DNA of 35,082 bases, taken from positions 1 through 35,082 of the forward strand of contig JTLS01000069.1 in the NCBI GenBank assembly GCA_000826855.1, given 5' to 3'. The number at the start of each line of letters is the position of its first letter. Position 1 is the stretch's first letter. The notes below the pieces were generated by a model, which did not search any database, was not told the DNA's origin, and was given only the letters and a program-made list of their open reading frames with translations. Source of the stretch: Basidioascus undulatus. Lineage: Eukaryota. This document shows, piece after piece, positions 10,446-22,566 of the stretch. Position numbers and translations under genes: made by a program.

Positions 10446-11190
10446 TTTCAAAGTGAAGTGAGGGACATATGAATTGAATGCTGAAGAGGCACGGAGGGTA
10501 GCAATGTTGTATGGGCAACCACGCAGCAAGGGGAGCGCCGGCAGATCTGTGCAACGAACACATCCAAGCATCGGCGTCAGCGACTCTGATCTCTCCACAC
10601 ATCACGTGCACTATGTGGGAAATGGCGGATGAAGACAAGTGGGCACAGGTGAAAGGACTCGGATGAGAAAAGGTGTAGCATAATCGGCAGCGCCCTCGCG
10701 CTGACTCGTTAGAGGGCGCGGAAGAGCCTGAGAGTGGTGCATGCAAGGTGTCGTCGTTGTCCACGCGCCGCGTTCTCTCCCAGAGACAGCTCAGAACGGA
10801 ATCTCACCTAGTCGGAAGACGCTGAGATGCAAGTGAGGCGAAGGGCGAGGACCTGAGCGCGAAGGGATGGAGGATGTCAGTCCCCTGCATTTGCGGACGA
10901 AGGTGCATGGCGGCGAGAGTGTTCAGAGAGCAAAAGTAAATAAGTTGTCCGTCATTAGACGTCGGAGAGATTCCCACTTTGCTATAGTTGGTCTCATCAT
11001 GCGAAGGGGTGCGGGGCCATAGACGTGGATGGGAGAATGTGACTCACGGCCAGTGGTTGGAGGCGCGATGGCAAGGGATTGAGAAGTCAGTAAATGGTCA
11101 GTAGGGCTGGTATGCGTAAAGCTACGAGCCGTGTAGAGAGATTGCAGAGAAGGGAGAAGGGAGGGAGAAGAAGAGATGGTGAGAAGACGA
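10446..11190 (-). ncRNA. Putative spliced non-coding snoRNA host transcript, divergent from BLM10 (ends approximate)
   Basis: Pyrimidine-rich start region ~11140-11190. Intron 1 is 11047-10853 (GTGAGT...ACTGAC...CTCAG), exon 2 is 10852-10808 (45 nt), intron 2 is 10807-10547 (GTGAGA...GCTGAC...ACAG), with a possible third donor GTATGT at 10445. Exons 1-2 have no ATG; exon 3 has only a 6-codon ORF. Confidence 0.6.
10921..11003 (-). ncRNA. Box C/D snoRNA, U79/SNORD79-like, predicted guide for 2'-O-methylation of LSU rRNA
   Basis: On the minus strand: box C ATGATGA (10994-11000), guide AGTGGGAATCTC-T followed by D' box CCGA (10962-10965), C'-like TAATGAC (10951-10957), box D CTGA (10923-10926). 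Plus strand 10967-10978 reads GAGATTCCCACT, identical to the conserved LSU rRNA segment AACGAGAUUCCCACUGUCCC. It lies inside a GT-AG intron (10853-11047). Confidence 0.85.
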
Positions 11191-11532
11191 GCAGCACTTT
11201 CGCAGCTTACGGTTACCCGCGAGGAGCCTTGTAACGAATAATACTGCCCAATAGAACTGATGCTATGCGCTGGCCAAACAAGCTTTCATGTGTCGCACGA
11301 GACGTCATCTTGTCGCTCTGAAAGGCAGTTGCCGTCGAAGCCGACGCGTCGTTCGTCTTCCCAACCGCCATTCACTCGACGGCCCGCTGTGCTTTCCACG
11401 CGCTTACGTATACACACGCGAGGCCTTTACAGAGCAGATCTACAGAACATACGCAAGCCCTGACACATTTCCAACTTAAAGCGAGAAGAAGAGCAAGACC
11501 GGGCCTTGATCCGGATCTAACCATCTACCATC

Positions 11533-14500
11533 ATGTCCGCCTCTGATCCCCTGCTCACACGACCGCCCTCGCCCGCGATGCTGACTCGCGTGATGGGTGC
11601 CACACTCGGAATGGGCGACACAAGGTCTGACGCTGAGGACGACTGGTCCGACGAGTCCACCGACGACGAGCTCGACGACGAGTTTGTCGCCGCGTGCGAG
11701 AACGGGCAGGGCGCGAGGGGAAGGGCGTTGACGTATCCGCAAGTGCGTTCGTTTGCCTCCCGAGATAGAGAACGATACAGGCTTGGGGAATGCTGAAAAT
11801 GGGGTGGAAACGGCGAGCAGAGCCTCCCGTATGGCGCGGAGAGTCTGGAGGAAATGGACGACAGGCTGGACTTTATCATCCGCCGGCTGGTCGACTGCGT
11901 CCGAACGAAGGACTGGGACGTCGGCTGTGGGTTCTCCGTTTCCCTCTTTATTCCCAAACTCCCTCCGGCCCGGCGGTACAGCGCTTTTGCTAACCCCGCG
12001 CGGCGAGGCACACAGTCGTGCAGTGGAACCACCGCCTGCAGTGCTGGCTGTCGCTCAAGTACCCCATGTCCAAAGACCGTCGCGTGCGGCTCGTGAAGCT
12101 CTACTACGAGCTGACGAGTACGCGCTCTCTCCTACTCCCCTCCCTTATCCTTGTCTCATCGCTGACACCTTCCCTGCACGTCGGCCAGTCACGCCCGGGA
12201 TGGACGGCCGCTTCGTCAACATGTTCGCCAACCAGCTGATGACGCTCATCGCGTCCAAGAAGCGCATCTCGATCAAGGACGTCGTCCTTCCCTGGCGCCC
12301 GCTGTACGACATCCTTGAGAAGGAGCTCTTCCCCAAGCAGCGCGAGACGGCGAGGAAGTGCGTCGGTGGCCCTTGTCCCTGTTCCGCTTGTTTTCCTCCT
12401 AGTGCAGGTTCCGAAGGCTCACCTGTGCGCACGGGATGATCGCAGGAACATTGCGACGACCCTCCTTAGTCTGACCGAGTACTGCCAGCGCTTCTTCCAC
12501 CCCGCCGAGGCACCCGCGATGCTCCAGGTGATCCTGCCGAGGATGGACGGGTCCTCGATCGACGTCCGTCTTCTCCCCATCTTCCCTGAAACTGCACCGC
12601 CCTTTTTCCCCGCCCACTCACTCTTCTCTTTATCCCTCATATCCGCAGTCATTCATCGCGACCCAGTCCTTCCTCGTCCACTTCCTCCCACTCTCGCACC
12701 CACAGTCCTGGCTTCCGATGAGTACGTCCTCAGTCTGCCCCCCTTTCCTTTGCCTTCTTTCCTCTCGTCCTGTACCTCCTACACACCGCTTATCCACCGC
12801 CCTTGTACCCAGCTTTCAAGATGTGGGACGCCTTCAACTCGGCGCACTACGACGACCAGCAGATCGACCTCCTGGGCCGCTTGGCCGAGCGGCACCTCGA
12901 CCCCTCGCTCTCGGACCCGAAGTCCATAGCCTCCCTCCCCCCGCCGCCCACGTCCTCCGCTCTCCCCTCTTCCACCCCCGCCTCCAGCACGCCGCAGATC
13001 ACCGTCGGCGACGGGAGTGGGGGAGCGGGCGAGTGGCGCGGACTCAAGAAGGACGTGGGCATCATGAGCAAGGAAGAGTTCGACATGGTCATGCAGAAGG
13101 CGCTCGCCAGCTTTGGGATTTCTGTGGGACACCACCGGGTACGTTGTTGGAGGCAGGCCGAGAAAAAGCGCTGGCGCTGATTCTGGCGATGGATGGACAG
13201 GGTGGAATCAAGGTCGGCGCGGACGCGGGGGTGAGCCAGACGATCATGAACCTGAAGAAGCCGTGCAACCGGACGTGTATGTCATTCCCCACGTCCCCTC
13301 ACTGCTGCACAAGCGCTGACGCCCCCCCTCCCCAATGCACAGTCTCCCTCGCCCAAATCCTCGTCTACAGCATGATGCCCGACGCGCTCGCCGCGCCGAC
13401 CTCCGCGGCGCCCTCCGGGTACGCGACGCCCCAACCGGGCGCCACGCCGATGCCGTTCTCCCCCGCGGGCGGGACGTCCACGCCCATGTCCCGCACGGGC
13501 AGCGGCGCCGGGTACTTCCTCCAGCCGCACAGCGGCGGCGCGGCACACGTCAAGCAGCAGCACCTCTTCCCCGGCGCGGGCATCGGCGGCGCGGGCCCGC
13601 AGGCGACGTTCGTCGGCGGAAGCAGAGCGCTCGACGCGCTCTGCAAGCTTGTCCTGAGCTGCGAGACGTACTTCCACCCGAGCAACTGGGGGCAGCACAC
13701 GATGCTGGTGCGTTGGCGGAGCGACGAGCTAGACAGGGAAGGGCAAGGGCTGATCTATATGTGGGGCGATGCGGGCAGCTCACGTACTTCCTTTCGGACG
13801 TGTCGAGCTTGTTCCTCGAGCGGTGGAAGGACGAGGAGAAGGAGGACTGCAAGACTCCGAAGGTGCGTCTGTCGCCCGCCCCTGCCGGGTGTTCCCCGCC
13901 TCTGAGATCGAATGGCTGATGAGAGGGTGCGCTGAACCGAACAGGAATGGCGTCTGACGAAGACAATCAAACGCGAGTTCGTCCTCGCGCTCCGGACCGT
14001 CTCGCTCCTCGCGATGTTCTCGAAGGACGCCGTCTCGATCGCCGCTACGCAAGGGTGCCTGAAGAACATGGCCATGCTGTGAGTCTCCCCCGCTCCCCTT
14101 CTCATCGGAACTTGGCTGATGCAAGCTGTGGGCGGTGAATCAACAGCGAGCCGAGCCTCATCGTCCCCGCGATCCTCGAGCGCGCGTACCCCTCGCTCGA
14201 GACGCTCACGGAGACGCACCGCACGACGGCGTGCATCACCGCGCTCAGCACGCTCGCGCCTGCGCTCGTGTCGCGGTGGAACTACTACCCCGGCGCGAAG
14301 CACTTGCTCCCGCTGCTGGAGCTCTGCTTGCCCGGCATCGACCTCAACGACCCGACGAAGACGCTGTCGACCGGTGCGTTCCCGATTCCATTTCTGTCCT
14401 GCTTCCTTTGGGAAAGGGTGCTGAGACGCCCACCCAAACCAGCCATGTTCGTCATCACTGCGCTGCAGAACGTGCGGATCGGAGACACGACGGTCGAGCC

Positions 14501-17500
14501 GCAGGCGGACGGCGTCGTCCCCAAGACGCGCAACCCGATCATGGACATCGACGGCGTCGCGCCGGCCGACCTCATCGAGGTGCAGGACATTGAGCTCGAC
14601 CTGCCTGAGGGGCGCGAGGGCGGGGACCCCCCGCTCAGCAGGGAGGAGGAGGACAAGCTGCTGAGGTCTGCGACGGCTGGGTTCGGGGACTGGGGTGAGT
14701 CCGTTTGGGGAGGGTGGGGATGGGAAGATGATGGCTGATTGGGCGCACGGGACGGCCGCGGGCAGTCGTCGAGTTCTTCAGGAGAGTCCTGGCGCTGTTT
14801 GAGAACTTGCCGGAGGAGGGCGGAAAGGGAAACAAGATCGGAGGCAAGACGGAGGAGAGCGGTGCGTTTGCTATTTGCAGTTTGGATTACGGGCACGAGG
14901 CACTGAACATGCTCGGACAAAATAGTCATCCGCACGCTCATCGCCGCGTGCGAAGTCATCTGCGCGCAGCTTTCGCCTCAGATCTTCGACCTCGCGCTCA
15001 AGCAAGTATACGAGTACGCGACAACCACAACGCGCGCCAACGGCGTCCGCGTCATCGGCCAGCTGGTCAGCTGCTTTGCCCGCGCGGACGCGAAGAAGAC
15101 GCTCGGCCGCTTTTGGGGGTTTGCGAGCGAGGGCGTCAAGGTCGAGCTTAAGCACGGAGCGAGCAGCATCAGGACGAGTGGGTGGTTGGCGAGATGACGA
15201 GTTGAAAGGAAGCCAGACACTGATGTGCTTGTGGCCTGGGCGGGTAGCTTCGACGAGCACGCCGTTCGGGAGCGACATGGCCTTGCACTGGAGTGAGTTG
15301 TTACTTGCAAATTGGGTTGGTAAAACGTGATACTGAATGGAGGGCTCGTCGGCCTTGGCAGACCTCGCGATCCTCACCGGCGCCATGTCGAACGCCGGCC
15401 CCGAGCTCTTGCGCTACAAGGCGGAGCTGATCGACCTGCTTAAGCTGGCGGTGGAGCGGTGCAAGTCAGAGAGGGGTTACTCGTGGGCGGCCAATGTAAG
15501 CCGTTCTTTTCGACAGCAATTTGGTAGAGAAAATGGAAGCTCACAACGATACGCCCGACTACAGCTCGTCCAACGCACGCTCCAAACCCTCACCGCCATC
15601 TACGCCGTGCACCCGCGGTTCGTTAACTCGGATGAATGGGAGTCCCCGCAGTTCGCGCGCGACCACATCTACCACTGGGGCAAGCTCTACGACGTCAAGG
15701 ACGTCAAGGTCGACTGGCACGTGCCGAGCAGCGACGAGATGGACCTCGCGCTCCAGATCGTGCGCGAGGTGCTCGTTCCTGTGCTTGAGAAGGTCGAGGG
15801 CCTTGTCGGGGTCGGCGAGGACGGCGCGCCGTCGGGCATGGCCGTGGATAGGGACGAGGCGTGGACGAACGACTTCTGCCGGTGCGTGTTCGCGGCAAAG
15901 AGTGCGAGCAGCGAGACGCAGGTGCTGATGCGGGAGCAATGGGATCCGTCCGCAGATACCTCCAAACGCTGCGGCTCGCGTTTGGCGGCATCGCGACCCT
16001 CATTCAGCTGGGCCCGAAAGAGGGCGGGGCCAAGGTCAGCGACGCCGGGTAAGTCTTGCTGTCGTGCCTCCGTCTCCATCCTCAATCCTGACGATCGTCC
16101 CTTTCCTGGCGCCAGCGACGAGGTACCCGAGTTCATCACCCTCCAACCGCCGTTCAAGTGCGGCTGGCCGCTCGAGGGGGAGCAGGACGACCGCCGCGAC
16201 TTCATCTACGCGTTCCGCGACCGCTTCGGCCGTGTTCTGCACAACGCAGCGGAGGAGCTCAAGCGCGTGGGAGCGGACACGGTCGAGAGGGGCGACTCGA
16301 TTGACGTCGTTAAGGCGCTGGTACGTTTTTTCAGACAATTGGTCGTGAGATTGCGGACAGGAACGAAGTGCTGATGCACGGCCAATGCGGCTTTGGTCGT
16401 GGTAGCTCCGCGCCATTCGCGCGCACATGCTCGAGACAGGCCTGGACAACGCGCACTACGAGAGCACGCGGAAAGCGTACGCTTTCGCGCGCAGCATGTC
16501 CAAGATCGCTCCCAAGCAGCGACTCTGGCCACGCATTGCGTGGGTGCGCAGGGCCGCATTCTACCGTACGTTGGTTGCGCATGTCCGTTGCGGGATGAGA
16601 ATCAAGAAACGAAAGTTGATGTATTTGGTGTCACCGGATTGCAGACGCGACGAGGCTGCACTTGAACACGTTCTACAAGAAGCGGAACGCGCTCGACGAC
16701 ACGCTGCTGCTGGACGTACTGGAGCTGAGCTTGTCGCCTTAGTACGTTCGTTTTGCTCTCGGACGCTGCAACGACAGGATCGGACTGACCCGATTTTCCT
16801 TCGTAACAGCACTGCCGGTGAGTTGTGGCGACTATGCGCGTGCGGTTGGTGTACGTCGACTGACCCTTGTACTTGCACTCTGCAGTCCGGAAGTAAGTCA
16901 AGCAATTGGGCGCGGGGCCTGCGTATGATTGCTGACGCACCTTGAAAACTGCAGGACTGCACAGAACACGCTCCACTCCCTCACCAGGTTCGTGTGTGTA
17001 TGACATGCTGAAGCTCGGGACCGCGTCGCTGATGCTGGATGCTGTGCATCAGCTTTTACGACGGCGCCAAGTCGTTGTCGCTGCCGAAGATCTTCGGAGC
17101 TCTTCAGCGTGCGTTCTGCAGGATGCGAATCTCGCGACAGTGTACTGAAAGTCTTGTACTATTGGAATGCAGCTGGCACCGACGTCGACCGCATGAAGGG
17201 CGCGCTCTACATCGTCGGCGACAAGACGTGGAGTGTGTCGTCGTCGCTTCGTTCCTATTTGTTCCAGCGAGCTGACGCCCGCCCGTAGTCAACTTCTGCA
17301 TCCTTGATTTCCGCTTCTTCCGCTCGCTCGTGCTCGGCTTGCTGGGCGCGCAGCAACAGGAGAAGGTACAATGGGCTCTGCCCAAAGCTTCGTCCGGACG
17401 ACGACGCTGACGCTTATTTCCTCGCTGCCAGCCTTCGATCCAAGCTCTAATCCAGAACACCGCACAAGATGGTGAGCATCCCCAGATTCCCGAAACACTC

Positions 17501-20500
17501 CTCCAGGCTCAAACTGACCTTTTCTGCAGTCATCTCCCGCATGCCCGAGATCGCCAGCTTGACGTCGCGCGTCGATTTCCCCAACGTGCAGGCCGCCGCC
17601 GATGAGGCGGAATCGGCCATCTCAGCTCGCTTCCCTCCCGACGCGGACTTGCAGAAGCGGGTGGCTCAAGTCGCCCTCGGGCGTGTGCAGATCAAGGATG
17701 CCGAGTACCTCAAGCTTGTGCGGTCTCATTGCGCCGTCCTACGTAGAAGTCTCGGCTGACGGTCGTGGAGTCACAGGTTGGAGACTTGCTGAACGTCGCG
17801 GAGGACCCGAAGAGTACCTCGGGCTGAGTCTGAGCTTTCGCAAGTAATTGAATGCTCACGTCATGTTGTCAACAGCGCATTGGCGGTACTTGTTGATCAC
17901 CGCGAGGATGAGCAAGAACCTGATTCGGCGCGATCGGGTATGTTCGATATTCTCCGAAGTACTGGATGCCCCGGCTGACTGGCACGGCGAACGTTCACAG
18001 CCAATATCGCCTCGGATCGCGCGATTCTTTGTTTCTCAAACGCTTTCCGACCAGTACGCTACGGATTGCTTGGGCGACGCCTACCGATTGCTTGGGCGTC
18101 AGTACTCTGCTTATCAAGTGGATTCGATATTCGTACAGTCCGAAGATCCGACTGCAAGCGCAAGGCTCGATCACCAAGATCCTACACTTCATCAAGCTGC
18201 GAACCTTCGCCGGTCAAGGACCCGAGGCGGAGCGAAAGCTGCTTTTGCGCGAGGCCAAGAATCCCCTACGCCGCCGCGTCAAGATCACAGACATCCCTGG
18301 CTTCTCGACCGAGAACTATCTCGCCGCGTTCCGGAAACCACTCGGCGACTGGGAAGGGCAAATGTGCGCTTTTTTCCCTCAGCGCAATTCAGGGGGCATG
18401 CGACGCTAACATTGGATGCACTGTCGCAGTTACCTGCAAGACAAGGCGCAGACGGGTTGTGAGTGCTGATCGTTTCAAGCCGTGTGATCGGCAGTCCTAA
18501 AATGCACTGCAGGGTTGGTCTGGGGCTCGGAACTCGACGTCTACGTGCTGCCGCCGAAGGACCACTTCCCGTTCGATTGGGATCCTTCAAGCGCGGAAGC
18601 CCTTGCCGTCGTCCGCCAGACGATCGGCACGGCGGAGTGGTGGTCCAAGCTCGCTGCTCAATACAGCCTCGAGAGTACGCGCAATGTAGCCTTGGGCGAC
18701 ACGATCAACTTCCTCAAGAGCCTCGTCGCGCTCGGCGACCAGCCGTTCGACCACCTGCGCGCTGCGGTCGAGCCGCTCCTAGCCGACTCGGATCGGCACA
18801 AGCAGCGCGCGGCATCGGAGCTGCTTTCCGGCTTGTTGAGAGGTGCGGAACGTCTTGAGTGCCTTCCGTCGCCATGCCCTGATCTTTTTCGATTCCGTAG
18901 GCTCCAAGCACTGGCCGAAACCCGCGATCGACCGGTTGTGGAACTGGTTTACTCCGCGGATCCCGACCATCCTGCAAAACGTCAAGCCCGATACGGCGCC
19001 GACCTGGGAGTCGTTCCTTGAGGTGCGTCCTGCAACGTATGACTTCCGCCCACGGACACCGCCTCATCCATACCCGCGCAGTCCAACCTCTATCGTCGAG
19101 ACCCACGCCGGTCACTTCCGCTCGTGGAGTGGGTGGTCGACCAGGGCAAGGCGATCGACGCGCACACGACGTCGGCCTTCGCGCGTATGTCTTTGCCTCC
19201 ATTCTAGCTTTCAAATGCCCGGTTGCCTGACCACGCAATTCTTGTGCTTCAGAGGCCTTCTCGGTGAGCATGGTCCGAAACGTCATCCGCGCTCTGTCGT
19301 GGCGCTTCGAAGCGTGGACGAGCGACCTGGAGCCCTCGTACTGGGACCTGGGCACGCTCAGCAGCGACTACGCGGAAGTCCGCGTGGCAGTGGCGAAGAG
19401 CATCCAGCTTCTCAACCGGACTCAGGTAAGCGTGCTTTCCCTAGATGATGCTAGCAAGTAGCGCTAACCTCCGGTGCAATCCTCGCAAGCTTCACCCGAG
19501 CCTCAAGTCTATCGATGAGTTCATGGAGCTGTGTCGCACACGGCGCGCGATGGAATTCTTGCGGCATCGCTCGCAGGAGAAGATCGAGGCGCGGGTCGAG
19601 AGTGTGCGATTGCACTTGGAGAAGACGCGGGACGAGCGCTTGCCCGCGCCGAAGGCTCCGTCCTCGACTTACGATAAGGTAGCATTGACAGGTACGCGCG
19701 TATCCCTCGAGCGACCGACTTGTAGTAAGGTGCTGACCTTCCGTGCCGGCAGTCTTGCGGTTCTTCTGGGATGCGCTGCACGACTCGGCCCGGTCTTCAG
19801 TGTACCCGCACGTCTTGCACCTTCTGTGCGTCTTGCTCGCAATTTGCTGGTCGGTACGTGAGCTGACGTTCGGTATAGCCCCGAATTCTTCCGCATGCGC
19901 GAGCTCTCGGACTCGACGGACTTGCAGAACACCGCCAAGGCGGTGCTCAACCTCCTCTCGGCTACGCCGCCGCCGCATGAGCTCGTCGACAAGTTTGTGG
20001 AGGTCTGCCTCGACCTCATCCGGTCTTCACAGGTGATTGCTTCGAAGCCTTGTCGCTTTGAAATGAGACTGACGCTTCCTCACAGAGCTGGCGCATTCGG
20101 CTCCATGTGTTGCCCATCCTCGCCGTCTTCTACTTCTTCGAGCTGCCGCACTTCAGCTCCGGCGCCGTTTCAGCTGTCATGGAGGTGTGTCTGCGTCCCA
20201 ACGCTGGCCCTTAACCGGCCAATCTGATCCATCTTTCCTCCGGTACAGGAGCTATACGACCTCTTGAGGGACCCGAACATCGAGGTTCGCGAGGCCGCTG
20301 CTACAACGCTGTCCGGCATCGTCCGCTGCAGCCAACGCAAATTGATCATCGATCTTAAGGTCTGCCCCTCTTCCTTCCGTTTTTTATTCCGCGAAGCTGA
20401 TCTTGGCATGGTCGTCTCCAGGCCCGGTTCGTCGCCATCGTCAAGGCGCATTCGAAACTGCCGCGCCGACGTCTGCCCGACGGCTCGCCCAATCCAAACT

Positions 20501-20968
20501 ACCCGCCGGCGCTGCTGAACCTGCACTCGGGCATCCTCGGAGTTTGCGCGCTCATCAATGCGTTCCCATACGAAGTCCCATCATGGATGGTGCGTCTTCC
20601 CAAATTCCTCATTGTCGTTCAAAGGAGCTTCAGGTTCACATTCGGCTGCTGTTCCAGCCCGAGCTGCTCGTCGATGTCCTTGCGGAGCACGCCACGGTGC
20701 CAGATCATGTCATCTCTTCGTAAGCACGGTCACATGCCTTGTTAGTTGTTGTGTTCGCTGATCGACCCCAAACGCGATGTAGAACGATCCGCAAGTGCGC
20801 GCAGGACTTCCGCCGAACCCATCAAGACTCCTGGGCGGAGGACCAGAAGAAGTTCACGGAGGACCAGCTCAGTGCACTTGGCACACTTTTCTTGGGTACG
20901 CGTCGACGCATTCTGATACACAGAACAGCGCTGACTTGTGGTCCTTAGGCGAGAGCTACTACGCCTGA
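11533..20968 (+). CDS. BLM10: Proteasome activator Blm10/PA200 (PSME4 family), many introns
   Basis: Very large HEAT-type gene. Segments include SLPYGAES, WNHRLQCWLSLKYPM, LPWRPLY, ETYFHPSNWG, LPGIDLNDPTKT, LFENLPEEGGK, YHWGKLY...VDWHVPS, SPYTAVRKTAQ, RMKGALY, DRHKQRAASELLSGLLRGSKHW, LRDPNIEVREAAATTLSGIVRCS, FPYEVPSW, FRRTHQDSW. The last exon 20949-20968 gives the C-terminal GESYYA*, the HbYX/YYA motif of Blm10/PA200. Not every internal junction was verified. Confidence 0.95.
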
Positions 20969-21658
20969 AGGCTTTTCTCTTTCTGCTCGCACAGCGCTTT
21001 TGTTTCTTATCGCAGTCTCGTCCACGCAGCCGTCCTTCTACGTTGCATTTCTTGTATTCGATCGTGTACCGCATTTTCATTCATCGCCATTCTCTGCTGT
21101 CCGCGAGCTTGCGGGACAGCCTCGGCATTCGATAGCATCACAACATATCTATCCGACGCATTGCCTTGCGGGAGTCTTCCAACACCTTCTTCCTTGCCAT
21201 GGCGGTGGAGGCAACATTGAAGCGCTCGAGAAATGTGGGTTCCTGCAGCGGACAGTGTTTGCGCTGTAAGGTGACCTTGCGAACGCAGTCGTGTCCATGT
21301 CCTGTCTCTGTCCCTCCCAGCCCCTCACTCCATCACAATTGAGCAGAGAAAGTTCCAGTCGAGAATAGCTTTTGCTCTGATGGCCAGAGCTTGCTGTTCT
21401 GCTGGACCCAGACCAGCGTCAAAGTACTCGCTCAGGCCGCCGCGGGAACCTTAGCCCGTCCTGGGCAATGCTCGAGCGGGGCACCTTGCCATGACCTCCT
21501 GGGCAACGACTTCTTTTGTCTCCTTCATCATTCTTCACATTCCTCCTTGCAATACTAACCCCTTACTTGCAAGGACACGCTCACGCTCCTTACTTTAATA
21601 CCCTTCCGGACCGACGCTCCTTGCATCCTCCGCTTCAGGACCACATTCGCTCATCCTA

Positions 21659-22377
21659 ATGATTCGCCGCGTCCGCCGCCAGGTACACGCGTCCCCTTCC
21701 ATGAAGACTATCGATACTGTTGAAGAATACTGATATTCACCCAACAGGGACACTGGGATCAATTCGGCAGCTTCTTGCCGCACCTGCAAGGCTTCGGGGC
21801 AGAGAACGACGACGAGCAGGGCCAGCACGACGCATCTTCCTCGTCAACCGCTGCGAGTCCCTCTGCAGTTACTAGCTCCTCTTCCGTATCTCGTAAGTCT
21901 TCGGTATGCTTGCTTGGGTCAAGGCGGTTGAAAGTGTCGGACAGATTCCGCATCGGCCTCTCTACCCCCCTTGTCGACTTCCTCCGCCGCCGCCGCATCC
22001 TCGACGGCCTCGTCTGCAAGCAGCTCGAACGCTACGAACGCTCTAGTCCCGACTTTGATCATCATTGCCGTGGTGCTCGTTGGCGGGCTTGTCGCTATGC
22101 TACTGTACAGGCGTTATCGGAATCGACAGATCCATGCGGCGAAGCCGCGTGCCATTGAACATCTTGATGGAGGGTTTTTCGAGAAGGAATCAGTGAGTCA
22201 TCCCTCTTTGCAGGTGGATTGCTTCCTATTAAGCTCGCTTTATTTCCGATCATCCTAAAGACTGCGAGGGTGCAAGCGAATGCGAGCTCCAGCACAGTGC
22301 GCCTGCTCGACGCAACGTCTCCAACGACCCCCGTTACGCCGGGGTCTTCTCCAGGCGGGCGACCAGGCTATGTTTGA
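21659..22377 (+). CDS. Small single-pass membrane protein (~177 aa) with Ser/Thr/Ala-rich N-terminal region; unknown function
   Basis: Exons 21659-21682, 21748-21892, 21945-22192, 22261-22377 join in frame with canonical GT..AG introns. A Ser-rich stretch is followed by the hydrophobic LVPTLIIIAVVLVGGLVAMLLY and basic RRYRNR. Confidence 0.7.
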
Positions 22378-22566
22378 CAGCAGCTCTTCTCAAGTTGTCC
22401 ATGTAGTCTTTCCCCTTCCGGTCTTCGGTCCTATCACCCCGTCTATTGAGCTGCATAGAGCATTTCTGAACGGCATCAGCGTCAGATGCGAGGTAGAGCA
22501 GGAATACATGTGGAGAAAGAACGTCCAAAAGCACAGGACAGAAGTACAAAAATGTGGTAAACAGTA

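Noticed and set aside
11533..20968. Many long overlapping and antisense ORFs in the ORF track over BLM10 (also over the kinase, NR-like and LSC1 genes)
   Set aside because: These are expected shadows of high-GC codon usage and intron read-through; they have no independent motifs.
8895..20968. F-box gene next to a proteasome activator as a possible proteolysis cluster
   Set aside because: The F-box gene is a pseudogene from a very large family, and Blm10 acts independently of ubiquitin. The adjacency is most simply coincidental.
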